From Phycisphaera mikurensis NBRC 102666 (lineage in GTDB: Bacteria > Planctomycetota > Phycisphaerae > Phycisphaerales > SM1A02), in the NCBI GenBank assembly GCA_945890745.1, contig CAMDCW010000001.1, forward strand, positions 1 to 51,697: 51,697 bases of DNA. The letters run 5' to 3'. Below the pieces are notes generated by a model. That model was given only the letters and a program-made list of their open reading frames with translations. It was not told the origin of the DNA and made no database searches. How positions within the stretch are numbered: the first letter of the stretch is position 1; every line of letters begins with the position of its first letter. Made by a program: the position numbers and the translations under genes. Positions 19,214 to 28,530 of this stretch are shown piece after piece.

Positions 19214-20632
19214 ATGGCTGTGCGAACCACTACACACGAATCATCTTCTCGCTCAACACATCTTGCGAATGCGGAAATTCGCGATCGATTGTTTGAGCAC
19301 TTGCGCACCCATCATGGTGAGTTACAGCGCCACTGGTTTGATCAGATCGAGGTAGTGGCTGTTGATGGCGCGAATCTTTCCCTGTTAGTTACCGAACCAG
19401 TGCGGTTGTCGTATTTGCAGCGTTGTTGCGTTCCACAGTTCACGGAAGCTGCATGTGTGGCGACTGGTCGCCTGATTGGTGTGCAGTTTGTTGGTGATCG
19501 GGTGGCGCTTGCTACTCACCCAACAACTTCGCTGGCGTCGAACGCTGTCGGTGCAGGGGCCACTGGTGAGGCGCTCTTTGACGAACAAATCCTCTTGTCT
19601 CCGGATTATGTGTTTGAGACATTTGTAGTTGGTCCAAACAACCGCCTTGGTCATGCTGCCGCCCAGGCTGTGGCGCTCAAGCCCGGCCGTGCTTACAACC
19701 CATTCTTTGTGCATGGTGGTATTGGAATGGGAAAGACGCACTTGCTTCAAGCTGTGTGTCAAGAGATGTTGCGACGCGACCCAACCACCCGAATTGTCTA
19801 CATCTCATGCAGCACATTCATGGATGTGTTCCACGAAGCGGTCCGCGCGGGACGAATGATGGAGTTTCGGCACCGGTTTCGGAATGTGGACATGCTGGTG
19901 ATCGATGACATTCACTTTCTATCCAAGCACGAACAAACACAGGAAGAGTTCTTCCACACATTCAATGCCTTGTACCAGGGTGGTCGGCAGATTGTGTTGA
20001 GTTCTGATGCTGCGCCTTCGGAAATTCCTGATCTTGAGGAGCGCTTGGTAAGTCGATTCAACTGTGGTTTGGTGGCGCGAATTGATCGACCGCCATACGA
20101 GACGCGTGTCGAGATTCTGAAGTCGAAAGCTGCGCTTCATGGCATACAACTGCCTGATGATGTTCCTGCTTATATTGCGGCTCGCCTTGATTCCAACATT
20201 CGTGAGCTTGAGGGTGCACTGACACGCCTTCGTGGCCTTTCGATGGCGAACGGTGTTCCAATTACGCTTGAATTGGCCAAGCAAGCCCTGGCAGATGGTC
20301 GTCCGACCGATACCGCTACCGGTTCATCGCAGCCAACTATTCAGCAGATCATTGATGCAGTTACTCGGTACTACGACATTAAGCTGAGTGAACTGATGTC
20401 CAAGCGTCGGCACAAGAGTGTGGCGCTTCCAAGACAAGTGTGCATGTGGCTCGCGCGCAAACACACCCGCTTCTCGCTTGAGGAAATTGGTGGTTACTTT
20501 GGTGGTCGCGATCACACAACGGTGATGCACGCAGTACGAACCGTTGGCGCCAAGACCCAGACCGACACGGCGTTATCTGGCGATGTCACTCGTATTGAGC
20601 AGTCCCTTGAACGGCACAATAACGCGGTTTGA
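19214..20632 (+). CDS. dnaA: Chromosomal replication initiator protein DnaA
   Basis: 472 aa. It has AAA+ Walker A GGIGMGKTHLL, Walker B LVIDDIHFL and sensor block SSD..P. The C-terminal DNA-binding domain shows LPRQVCMWLAR..T..SLEEIG..FGGRDHTTVMHA. Confidence 0.95.
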   Translation: MAVRTTTHESSSRSTHLANAEIRDRLFEHLRTHHGELQRHWFDQIEVVAVDGANLSLLVTEPVRLSYLQRCCVPQFTEAACVATGRLIGVQFVGDRVALATHPTTSLASNAVGAGATGEALFDEQILLSPDYVFETFVVGPNNRLGHAAAQAVALKPGRAYNPFFVHGGIGMGKTHLLQAVCQEMLRRDPTTRIVYISCSTFMDVFHEAVRAGRMMEFRHRFRNVDMLVIDDIHFLSKHEQTQEEFFHTFNALYQGGRQIVLSSDAAPSEIPDLEERLVSRFNCGLVARIDRPPYETRVEILKSKAALHGIQLPDDVPAYIAARLDSNIRELEGALTRLRGLSMANGVPITLELAKQALADGRPTDTATGSSQPTIQQIIDAVTRYYDIKLSELMSKRRHKSVALPRQVCMWLARKHTRFSLEEIGGYFGGRDHTTVMHAVRTVGAKTQTDTALSGDVTRIEQSLERHNNAV

Positions 20633-20976
20633 GTGGTTGTCCGCGCGCGTGGGTTGTTGGTGTGGTACCTGACGATTAGTGACGACTGTCCGCAACCATC
20701 CTGGGTTAATAACCACCTGGTTTCGCGCAGGCGTTGTGGGTGACGATCTGTGTTGGCTGCCCATCCACACACACGCTTTGCTAATCGGCGCCTGATGAAC
20801 GCTAGTGACGAAGAGTTGACAACTCCACCACAACGACACTTCTGCTATATGTCGATGTTTAACAAGGTTTTATGGTTTTAAATTCTGGGTTGTCCACCAA
20901 CTGTCAGGGCTCTTTACTAGGAGGAGGAATATATAAGAGTTCACTCCTTCTGAACCCTGTCGCGCCAAGACGCTCA
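20633..20976. other. Candidate replication origin (oriC) in the dnaA-mutM intergenic spacer
   Basis: 344-bp non-coding gap. Four same-orientation DnaA-box-like 9-mers lie here: TTGTCCGCG 20637-20645, CTGTCCGCA 20686-20694, CCATCCACA 20761-20769 and TTGTCCACC 20890-20898. A ~43-bp AT-rich stretch (~28% GC by hand count) lies at 20846-20888. Confidence 0.3.
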
Positions 20977-21885
20977 TCACTTTCGATCAGTAGCGCCCAC
21001 GCTCGTCACGCCGGTCTGGCACGATCGGCACCAGACGGTCGTACGACCACCCAGACGCGTTTCGTGAAGTGATTGGCCACAAGACCGGCACGGTTCGCCC
21101 GCCCGCCCATAAACGGCGTGGAGGGCTTGTGCGGTGCCGGCCGCACCAAGACCTGATCGATAGTCACGCAATGTGCTTCCGCCATGTTTGATGGCGCGGT
21201 TCAAGATGGTTCTGATGGCAAGCGCTAGAGCCGTGACACGTTGGGGTGACAGCTGGTCACATCGCATGCGAGGATCAATGCCAGCGACATGGAGCGACTC
21301 ATCGGCATAGATGTTGCCGACACCAGCGACAATCGTTTGATCGAGCAGGGCTACCTTCACGGCACGTGCCCCGGTCATTGCGGCGCGAAGAGCCTGCGCC
21401 TGAATTGTCAGTGCATCTGGACCAAGTTCGGCATTCCAAGATTCATAGAGTGAAGCGGTATTTCCATAGGCCGTCAATCCGCCGAAGCGGCGCGGGTCGC
21501 GAAAAATCAACGGGATCGACGTGGGCGGATTGATGCTCCGTCCGCGAGCCGGGTTCGTTACAAGCCAAGTGACGTGTTGATGTGAATCGCTGGCATTACC
21601 ACCAGCAATCAATTGTCCACTCATCCCAAGCTGTACGACCAAACAACGTCCATCAGCCGCAATGATTGCTAAACGCTTCCCGTGACGGGCAATCGAGTGG
21701 ACGGTCGCCCCATCCAACAATTCGGAGGGGGCCATCCAGGTGTGCTTGGTTCGGTGGCCTTCACCCCGGCCACAACCGCGCGCGCGCATGTCATGTGGAC
21801 CGATAGCGACCAATCGAAGCGAACGCCCAATCAAGGCAGGCGCGATCGTGCGGCGCAAAGATTCGATTTCTGCGAGTTCCGGCAA
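20977..21885 (-). CDS. mutM: Formamidopyrimidine-DNA glycosylase (Fpg/MutM)
   Basis: The ORF track starts at TTG 21894 (MCTLPELAEIE). A second in-frame TTG at 21885 gives M-PELAEIESLRR, restoring the catalytic Pro2-Glu3 N-terminus. The C-terminal zinc finger is CRSCGQ...WCRSCQ. Confidence 0.85.
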   Translation of the reverse strand: MPELAEIESLRRTIAPALIGRSLRLVAIGPHDMRARGCGRGEGHRTKHTWMAPSELLDGATVHSIARHGKRLAIIAADGRCLVVQLGMSGQLIAGGNASDSHQHVTWLVTNPARGRSINPPTSIPLIFRDPRRFGGLTAYGNTASLYESWNAELGPDALTIQAQALRAAMTGARAVKVALLDQTIVAGVGNIYADESLHVAGIDPRMRCDQLSPQRVTALALAIRTILNRAIKHGGSTLRDYRSGLGAAGTAQALHAVYGRAGEPCRSCGQSLHETRLGGRTTVWCRSCQTGVTSVGATDRK

Positions 21886-21907
21886 GGTGCACAACTATAC
21901 TTCCGTC

Positions 21908-22996
21908 ATGCAAGAATCCGCCCCATCGACGGTCATTCACACCCCCGCCGATGCAAAGGCGGCCACCGAGCGATTGCGTACCGCGGTGCACTCGGTCATT
22001 GTTGGACAAGATCGGGTGATTGACGAAGTCATGATCGCGCTCGCTTGCGGCGGGCATGCACTGATTGAGGGTGTGCCGGGCCTGGCTAAGACGTTGTTGG
22101 TTTCAACCCTGGCGCGGAGCATGTCCCTTGGATTTTCGCGCATTCAATTCACGCCAGACTTAATGCCAAGCGATATGACCGGCACCGAGGTGATTGAAGA
22201 GGATCGGTCAACCGGAACGCGACGCCTTCGATTTGTTCCAGGACCAATCTTTTCCAACGTCATTCTGGCGGACGAAATCAACCGCACGCCACCCAAGACC
22301 CAGAGCGCGCTCTTGGAGTCAATGCAAGAGCGACAAGTAACGGTCGGCGGTGTCAATCACCCACTGCCCGACCCGTTCTTTGTGCTGGCGACCCAGAATC
22401 CCATTGAACAAGAAGGCACTTATCCCCTACCCGAAGCGCAGCTCGATCGATTCATGCTGCAGATTCTGATTGGATACCCAACCGCTGACGAGGAGGCAGA
22501 AATCGTTCGGCGCACTACTGGCGCCGCACCAAAGCCAACCGAGCGAGTGCTGAGTGGCGAAGACGTGCGTGCTATTCAGGCCTTGGTTCGTGAGGTTCCA
22601 GTTGCAGATCACGTGGTGCGGTATGCGCTTCGATTGGTTCGCGCCACGCGTCAAGCGCAAGACGCCGCGTCACCCAACACCCCATCGAGTGGTCCAAAAT
22701 TACGAATCATGGACTATGTGAGTTGGGGTGCCGGGCCCCGCGCCAGTCAATTCTTGGTGCTTGCCGCAAAGGCTCGCGCGCTGCTTGCTGGCGCACCCAC
22801 CGCGACACCTGATGACGTTCGTGCGGTTGCGAAGCCAATTCTTCGGCACCGGTTGCAACTGAATTTCAATGCACAAGCCGATCGTATTGGTCCAGATCAG
22901 GTGATCGATGAATTACTGCGCGAGATTCGCGTTGAAGACACCGGCGCAGCCGGCGCCAAGGAACTAGAACGCCTCGTGAAGCCTGCGGGCGCCTGA
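21908..22996 (+). CDS. MoxR-family AAA+ ATPase
   Basis: The ORF is open from 21740 but would then overlap mutM. ATG 21908 (MQESAPS..) gives a 362-aa MoxR-sized protein. Walker A is GVPGLAKT and Walker B is ILADEINR. Other blocks are LLESMQERQVTV and ATQNPIEQEGTYPLPEAQLDRF. Confidence 0.9.
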   Translation: MQESAPSTVIHTPADAKAATERLRTAVHSVIVGQDRVIDEVMIALACGGHALIEGVPGLAKTLLVSTLARSMSLGFSRIQFTPDLMPSDMTGTEVIEEDRSTGTRRLRFVPGPIFSNVILADEINRTPPKTQSALLESMQERQVTVGGVNHPLPDPFFVLATQNPIEQEGTYPLPEAQLDRFMLQILIGYPTADEEAEIVRRTTGAAPKPTERVLSGEDVRAIQALVREVPVADHVVRYALRLVRATRQAQDAASPNTPSSGPKLRIMDYVSWGAGPRASQFLVLAAKARALLAGAPTATPDDVRAVAKPILRHRLQLNFNAQADRIGPDQVIDELLREIRVEDTGAAGAKELERLVKPAGA

Positions 22997-23006
22997 ACGG
23001 AGTTCT

Positions 23007-23957
23007 GTGCGCGCAGAACAGTACCTGGCACCAGAGACACTTGCCCAATTGGGACCATTCGAGTTGCGCGCGAAGCGCATCGCGGAGGGTGTCATGAGCG
23101 GAATGCACCGTTCGCCATATCAGGGGCTTGCTGTTGAGTTTGCGGAGCATCGGCAATACGTTGCCGGCGACCCTGTGCGTCACATTGACTGGAAGGTCTT
23201 TGGGCGCAGCGATAAGTTGTATCTCAAGCGATTTCAACAAGAGACCAACCTTGATATCCACATCATGGTGGATGCATCTGGAAGCATGCGCTTTGGAACA
23301 CTCGGCAGCAAAGATGGCTGGGGTGGCACAGAGACGGGACGACAATCAAACTGGACAAAATTTGATCATGCCACAGCAGCGGCTGCGGCCATGGCATTTC
23401 TTGGACTTGCGCAACGCGACCGCGTTTCTACGGAAATGTTTGGTCCGACACTCATCGCCGCTACACGTTGCTCTAATTCACAAGGGCACTGGCGCGCCAT
23501 TGTTCAGTGCTTAGCAACCCATGCTGTTGATGGGCGCGCTGATCTGCCGCGCGCTGTTGATGAATTGCTTTCACGAGGAACACATCGATCACTGGTAGTG
23601 ATTGTCAGTGACTTTCTCATGCCGAAGCAACAGGTCAAAGACGCGCTTGCTCGGCTGCGACACCGTGGTCACGACGTCATCTTGGTTCGTGTTCTTGATA
23701 GAGCGGAGTTGCGATTTGATCTAGACGAGAACGCCCCGTTTGAAGGTCTTGAGGGCGAGGCGACGCTGGAAGTGGACACGCGCAGTATTCGCCAAGCGTA
23801 TTTGGACGTTTTGGCGGAAGACGAGCGCGAACTGGAAAGGCTTGCGCGCGGCTTTGGATTTGACATGATTCGCCTGGATACCCACGAATCAGTTGGCCCA
23901 GCACTCGCCGCGTTGTTGGCGCGTCGTGAAACGTTTCTACGCGGAGGCGGGCGATGA
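23007..23957 (+). CDS. DUF58-family protein (vWA-like, MoxR partner)
   Basis: GTG start 10 nt after the moxR stop. The DUF58 signature region is HRSPYQGLAVEFAEHRQYVAGDPVRHIDWKVFGRSDKLYLKRF. The MIDAS-like DASGS motif is intact at nt 23271-23285. Confidence 0.85.
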   Translation: MRAEQYLAPETLAQLGPFELRAKRIAEGVMSGMHRSPYQGLAVEFAEHRQYVAGDPVRHIDWKVFGRSDKLYLKRFQQETNLDIHIMVDASGSMRFGTLGSKDGWGGTETGRQSNWTKFDHATAAAAAMAFLGLAQRDRVSTEMFGPTLIAATRCSNSQGHWRAIVQCLATHAVDGRADLPRAVDELLSRGTHRSLVVIVSDFLMPKQQVKDALARLRHRGHDVILVRVLDRAELRFDLDENAPFEGLEGEATLEVDTRSIRQAYLDVLAEDERELERLARGFGFDMIRLDTHESVGPALAALLARRETFLRGGGR

Positions 23958-26179
23958 GCCTATTGACCTTTTCATCACCAGGATTGGCTATCGCCGCGGG
24001 TATGGCTGTGGCTGTTCCTGTGGCAATCCACCTGTTGATGCGACGAAGGCGTAAGCCAGTTGAGTGGGCCGCTATGGAATTGTTGCGTGAGGCACTTCGT
24101 CGTGTCGAACGCAAGCGACGCGTGGAGCGATGGCTACTTCTTGCGGTCCGCTGCCTCTTGGTCATCTGTGCTGGTTTGGCAATTGCGGCTCCGTTTATTG
24201 GATCAACCATTGCGACTACGCGCGTCGTTCGAACATTGGTGGTGATCATTGATGATTCAGCAGCCGCAAACGAACGACTTGGTACTGGTACGGCCTTTGA
24301 TCGTTCGATAGCAATGGCACGATCAGAGATAGAGCAACTGCTTCCTGGTGATCGTGTGGCGGTTGTGCTTACCTCGCGTGCCAACATCTCTAGTCGGGAG
24401 GCAGCGTCGTTGGACCATCGCGGTGCTGTGCAGCGTTTGACTGGGCTTGCAGCAACAGAGTTAGCAAGTGACCTTAGTGCAGCACTTACCGCCGCCGCTG
24501 CGATACTTACACACGAGGAGTCCGCTGGAACACAGCGAGAAATCTTGGTTTGTAGCGCCTTTCGGGTTGGATTTGTTGGTGGGTTGACACCACTTCAAAA
24601 GCTTGGAAATGATGACGCACCGGTGACCATTCGTGCAACAACAGAACCTGCACCTGATGGAACCAATCTTCGCATTACCTCGATTGAGCTTGATCGGGTA
24701 GCTGGAACTGGACCAGGGGCACCAGTTGTATTGCGGGTGATGGTGGCCCGTGATCGTGGTGATGGAGTTCTTCACACCACCGTTCGCGTCACCGGACCGA
24801 CTTTGACTTCGCCCGTGGAGCGACCAGTTGAACTGAGCGCTGGAGAGCGCGAGCACGCGGTCACGGTGATGCTTTCGGAGCGAGCTAGCGATCCGGCATT
24901 GGCCTTACGTCGGGCGGTGGTGGCGTCTATCTCCGCCGATGCACAGCCTGTTGATGACTCACGCGCGTCAATTTTGGCGCCCACCGATCGGTTGCGCGTA
25001 GTGGTTGTTGATCGACGAACATTTGAGACCAGCGGCGCGATTGATCGGCTCCCCGCGGGTGAATGGGTTTCTCGAGCGCTCGCCCCTGGAGACGCGGCTG
25101 TCATCGATGTGACCATGACCGATCCGGCTGCACTTGACTCACGCACCCTGGCTGCGACCGACACGATCGTCATTGCGCAACCACAACTGCTCAATACGCA
25201 GCAATGGGGCCTATTGACGTCGTTTGTGACCCGTGGTGGTGTGGTGGTGGTTCTTCCAGCAGCCGGCGAATTGGTCCAGGCTTGGACAAGTCAATTCACT
25301 AGTACATTTTCTTTACCATGGAAACTGGCGCTTGAAGCTCGGGACTTTCCGACTCCGGTTGCACTTGCAGCAGAACAACCAAACAGTTCGTACTTAGCGA
25401 CACTTGGGGCGGAACTACCACAGTTGTCACCAGCGGTTGAGGTGTTCCGCGCGCTCGCTGTCGATGTTTCAATGGACCCGACTGCCACACAACTAGCACT
25501 GCAAGATGGGAGTCCATTTCTGTTGTCATGGCGTCCATTAAATGCACGCGGAATGGTGGTGCTCTTTACCAGTGCGATTGATTTGTCCTGGACCACGTTG
25601 CCATTGAAGCCACTCATGGTGCCACTGTGGCAAGAGTTGATAGCCGAAGGTCGGCGGCACGCATCAGCCGCACAGGTTGTGGTAGTTGGTGCACAGCCCG
25701 ACATTGATCGCGCTGGTGTTGTTGAGCTTCGACCAATTGCGCCAGATGGCGGTGCTTTACCAGGCGCCCGATCGATTGCTGTAGGCGCTGGTGGGCGTGC
25801 CACTGGCCCAATCGAGCGCGGCGGCATGTTTGAAATGCTTGATAGTTCAGGCCGAGTACAAGGGGTGATGGCTGCTGTTGTTGATGATCGGGCAGCTTCG
25901 GTGGCACCTGTTGAACACGAGCAACTGAACAAATGGCTTAGTGCGTCCGGTGAAGTCAATTGGATTGGGGGTGGAAATAATGGCGTGCAACGCAATGGCA
26001 CCCAACCAATGTCGCCGCGGCAAACAAGCGGCCTTGCGCCGCCGCTCTTTGTGATCGCCGTGTTGTTGGCAGCGCTCGAAGCATTCCTTGCGCGTCGATT
26101 TTCATACGCCACTGGTATTCGCCCAGCGACCACCCGACAAGCAAATGGTCAACAGGTAGTCAGTGAGGGCGCCCGATGA
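23954..26179 (+). CDS. BatA_N (aerotolerance-regulator N-terminal double-TM) domain protein with a degenerate vWA-like region
   Basis: ATGA overlap with the DUF58 stop. The N-terminus (PGLAIAAGMAVAVPVAIHLLMRRRRKPVEWAAMELL) matches the BatA_N pattern. IIDDSAAAN sits at the MIDAS position but is degenerate. A C-terminal TM is present. Confidence 0.7.
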   Translation: MSLLTFSSPGLAIAAGMAVAVPVAIHLLMRRRRKPVEWAAMELLREALRRVERKRRVERWLLLAVRCLLVICAGLAIAAPFIGSTIATTRVVRTLVVIIDDSAAANERLGTGTAFDRSIAMARSEIEQLLPGDRVAVVLTSRANISSREAASLDHRGAVQRLTGLAATELASDLSAALTAAAAILTHEESAGTQREILVCSAFRVGFVGGLTPLQKLGNDDAPVTIRATTEPAPDGTNLRITSIELDRVAGTGPGAPVVLRVMVARDRGDGVLHTTVRVTGPTLTSPVERPVELSAGEREHAVTVMLSERASDPALALRRAVVASISADAQPVDDSRASILAPTDRLRVVVVDRRTFETSGAIDRLPAGEWVSRALAPGDAAVIDVTMTDPAALDSRTLAATDTIVIAQPQLLNTQQWGLLTSFVTRGGVVVVLPAAGELVQAWTSQFTSTFSLPWKLALEARDFPTPVALAAEQPNSSYLATLGAELPQLSPAVEVFRALAVDVSMDPTATQLALQDGSPFLLSWRPLNARGMVVLFTSAIDLSWTTLPLKPLMVPLWQELIAEGRRHASAAQVVVVGAQPDIDRAGVVELRPIAPDGGALPGARSIAVGAGGRATGPIERGGMFEMLDSSGRVQGVMAAVVDDRAASVAPVEHEQLNKWLSASGEVNWIGGGNNGVQRNGTQPMSPRQTSGLAPPLFVIAVLLAALEAFLARRFSYATGIRPATTRQANGQQVVSEGAR

Positions 26180-28530
26180 TGAACAACGCACTGGTGCGCT
26201 GGATGCTAGGCCTTCAATCGCTCCCTGTTGATGCAATAGGCGTGCGGTTTGCGTGGGAACGCGCTATTCCAACATCTGCGTGGTTGTTGGTGTGGGTCGT
26301 TGCGCTGCTCATTGCATGGGGCTCATACAGAAACATCGCCATATCAACAGTTCGGCGTCGGTGTTTGATTTCATTGCGAACACTCACAATCATCTTCCTA
26401 ATCGCTCTGTTTCTTGGGCCACTTTTAGAGGTTCCACAAGAGTCGGTAGAGCCTGATTCGGTAATCATTTTGGCAGACAGAAGCCGCTCAATGGAAGTGG
26501 CGGACCTGAGCAGTTCACTCAATGAGCCCAAGTCGCGCGACGCGGCACTCCGGGAGCTTGTCGGTAGTGACTCGCCGTTCACACTCATTGGCAATGAGCA
26601 TCGTGTGGAGTGGTATGGATTTTCCGATGCACTGTCACCACTCACTCGCGCGAATGACGGAAGTATCGGTATTGGTGACGCGACTGGTGATCAATCATTG
26701 CTTTCTCGTGCCATTGAGCAGGCGCTTTCACGCTCATCGGGGCGACAAATCAGCGCCGTGGTGTTGCTGACCGACGGTCGCACAACTGATCCGCCCGATC
26801 GAAATTTGATTCGTCGACTGCAGGCGGAAGGCGTGACAGTCTCCTCGGTTATGTTGGGGGCAGACGTAGCGGTGGGCGACACCGCGATCACGGCAGTTCA
26901 GGCTCCAAAGCGTGCGTTTTCCAAAGATATTGTTCCTGTTGAAGCAACGATCGAACGGCGTGGACCAGCCCGTGCCCAGGCCTCGCGTGTTGAGTTGGTT
27001 GACACTGCCACGGGCACAGTATTGGACTTCGCTGAACTTCCAGCAGGAACCAATGTTGCTGGCGAGGTTGCACCACAACGCGACATAGTGCAGCTAGTAG
27101 CGAGCCCCTCAACCACCGGCGACGCCCGCTGGGAAGTTCGTGTTTCTGAATCACTGGTCGCAAACACGCCCAATGATCAACAAACAGCACGCGATCTACT
27201 ACCGGTAAACAATCGACGCGCAGTACCGATCACATTGGTGGATCGACCAATGCGAGTGCTTTACATCGATGGGTATCCGCGCTGGGAATATCGCTATCTC
27301 AAGAATCTGTTGCAGAGAGAACAAACTATTGAGAGTTCTGTCATGTTGCTCTCTGCTGACCGGGACTTTGCGCAGGAGGGCAATACGCCAATTGCGCGGC
27401 TGCCGCGGACCCGCGAGGAGTTTGAGCGATTTGACCTCATTGTGATAGGCGACATTCCTGCCACGTTCTTCACCGGCGAGCAATTGATGGAAATGAAGCG
27501 CGCGGTAGCAGAACGTGGTACTGGGTTGGCATGGATTGGTGGATCACGTAGTACTCCCCGAACATGGCATGGCACATCAGCGGAGGAGTTGCTTCCGTTT
27601 ACTGGGCCATATGAACTAGAGCGCTTGTCTGTGCCGGTCAACTTGTCACCCACACCACTTGCCGCGCGCCTTGGTGTGTTGCGGTTGGCTGATGATCCAA
27701 AGTCGGCATTTCCAGCGGAACTACTTTCGGCGGACGAGGGTTGGGCGCAATTGGAGTGGGCGCAACGTATTCCGATTCAATCGCTCAAACCAGCAAGCGA
27801 AATTCTTGCGGAGTCCGCACAAGAGATTGAGGGTGGTCACGCACCACTAGTGGTTGGGATGCGCTATGGAGCTGGAAATGTGTTGTATGTGGCGACCGAT
27901 GAGATTTGGCGTTGGCGGAATGGTCGCGGCGAAACCTATCCAGAACGATTTTGGGTGCAGTTACTCCGTTCATTGGCTCGTCCATCCTTGGGTGTTGGGC
28001 GTGAGGAAGTACGTATTGCTATCGAGCCAGGTCGCTCGGTTGTGGGCGACACAGTGCGAGTAGAGGTTGAGCTTCCTGCTGGTCCACCACCCACCACAGT
28101 GGCGCTCGAAGCAATTCCTGAGGACTCTCGTGGCTCGGCGGTGGACATCGTTGCAACGCCTGGTTCCGGTGGACTGTTTGTAGCAGTGTGGTCTCCAGAG
28201 CGGGAGGGCCGTTGGAAGGTTCGCCCACGCGATCCATCACTTGCGGCACGGGCTGGGGACGGCGCAATTCTGGAGGTCACCCGGAGTGACCGAGAGTTGC
28301 GCGACGCTGAGGCGGACCGACCATTACTTGAGACACTTGCTCGCGAGACGGGTGGCAGGGTGGTTGTGCCAGCCGATGTTGCAACACTGGTCCACTCGCT
28401 TCCAAATCGATCAATTCATACAGAGAACCCACTCCGTGATCCCATTTGGAATAGCCCACTGGCACTTGCAATACTGATGTCTCTATTGGCTTCTGAATGG
28501 ATTGTTCGGCGAAGCGCGCGGCTGATTTAA
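26176..28530 (+). CDS. Membrane protein with a vWA-like domain and a class I glutamine-amidotransferase-like (non-catalytic) domain
   Basis: ATGA overlap with the upstream stop. It has N-terminal TM helices and an intact DxSxS (ILADRSRSM). The central block is RVLYIDGYPRWEYRYLKNLL...FDLIVIGD. A C-terminal TM (ALAILMSLLASEWIV) is present. Confidence 0.6.
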   Translation: MMNNALVRWMLGLQSLPVDAIGVRFAWERAIPTSAWLLVWVVALLIAWGSYRNIAISTVRRRCLISLRTLTIIFLIALFLGPLLEVPQESVEPDSVIILADRSRSMEVADLSSSLNEPKSRDAALRELVGSDSPFTLIGNEHRVEWYGFSDALSPLTRANDGSIGIGDATGDQSLLSRAIEQALSRSSGRQISAVVLLTDGRTTDPPDRNLIRRLQAEGVTVSSVMLGADVAVGDTAITAVQAPKRAFSKDIVPVEATIERRGPARAQASRVELVDTATGTVLDFAELPAGTNVAGEVAPQRDIVQLVASPSTTGDARWEVRVSESLVANTPNDQQTARDLLPVNNRRAVPITLVDRPMRVLYIDGYPRWEYRYLKNLLQREQTIESSVMLLSADRDFAQEGNTPIARLPRTREEFERFDLIVIGDIPATFFTGEQLMEMKRAVAERGTGLAWIGGSRSTPRTWHGTSAEELLPFTGPYELERLSVPVNLSPTPLAARLGVLRLADDPKSAFPAELLSADEGWAQLEWAQRIPIQSLKPASEILAESAQEIEGGHAPLVVGMRYGAGNVLYVATDEIWRWRNGRGETYPERFWVQLLRSLARPSLGVGREEVRIAIEPGRSVVGDTVRVEVELPAGPPPTTVALEAIPEDSRGSAVDIVATPGSGGLFVAVWSPEREGRWKVRPRDPSLAARAGDGAILEVTRSDRELRDAEADRPLLETLARETGGRVVVPADVATLVHSLPNRSIHTENPLRDPIWNSPLALAILMSLLASEWIVRRSARLI

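Noticed and set aside
21740-21907. Upstream extension of the MoxR ORF (start at 21740)
   Set aside because: The extension would overlap mutM by about 150 nt and is Arg/Pro/Ser-rich with no conservation pattern. ATG 21908 gives a canonical MoxR length and N-terminus.
25291-26133. 280-aa minus-strand ORF inside the BatA_N gene
   Set aside because: It is Ala/Ser/Arg-rich with no motifs. It lies antisense to a gene that is translationally coupled on both sides. This is a typical stop-poor antisense frame in GC-rich coding DNA.
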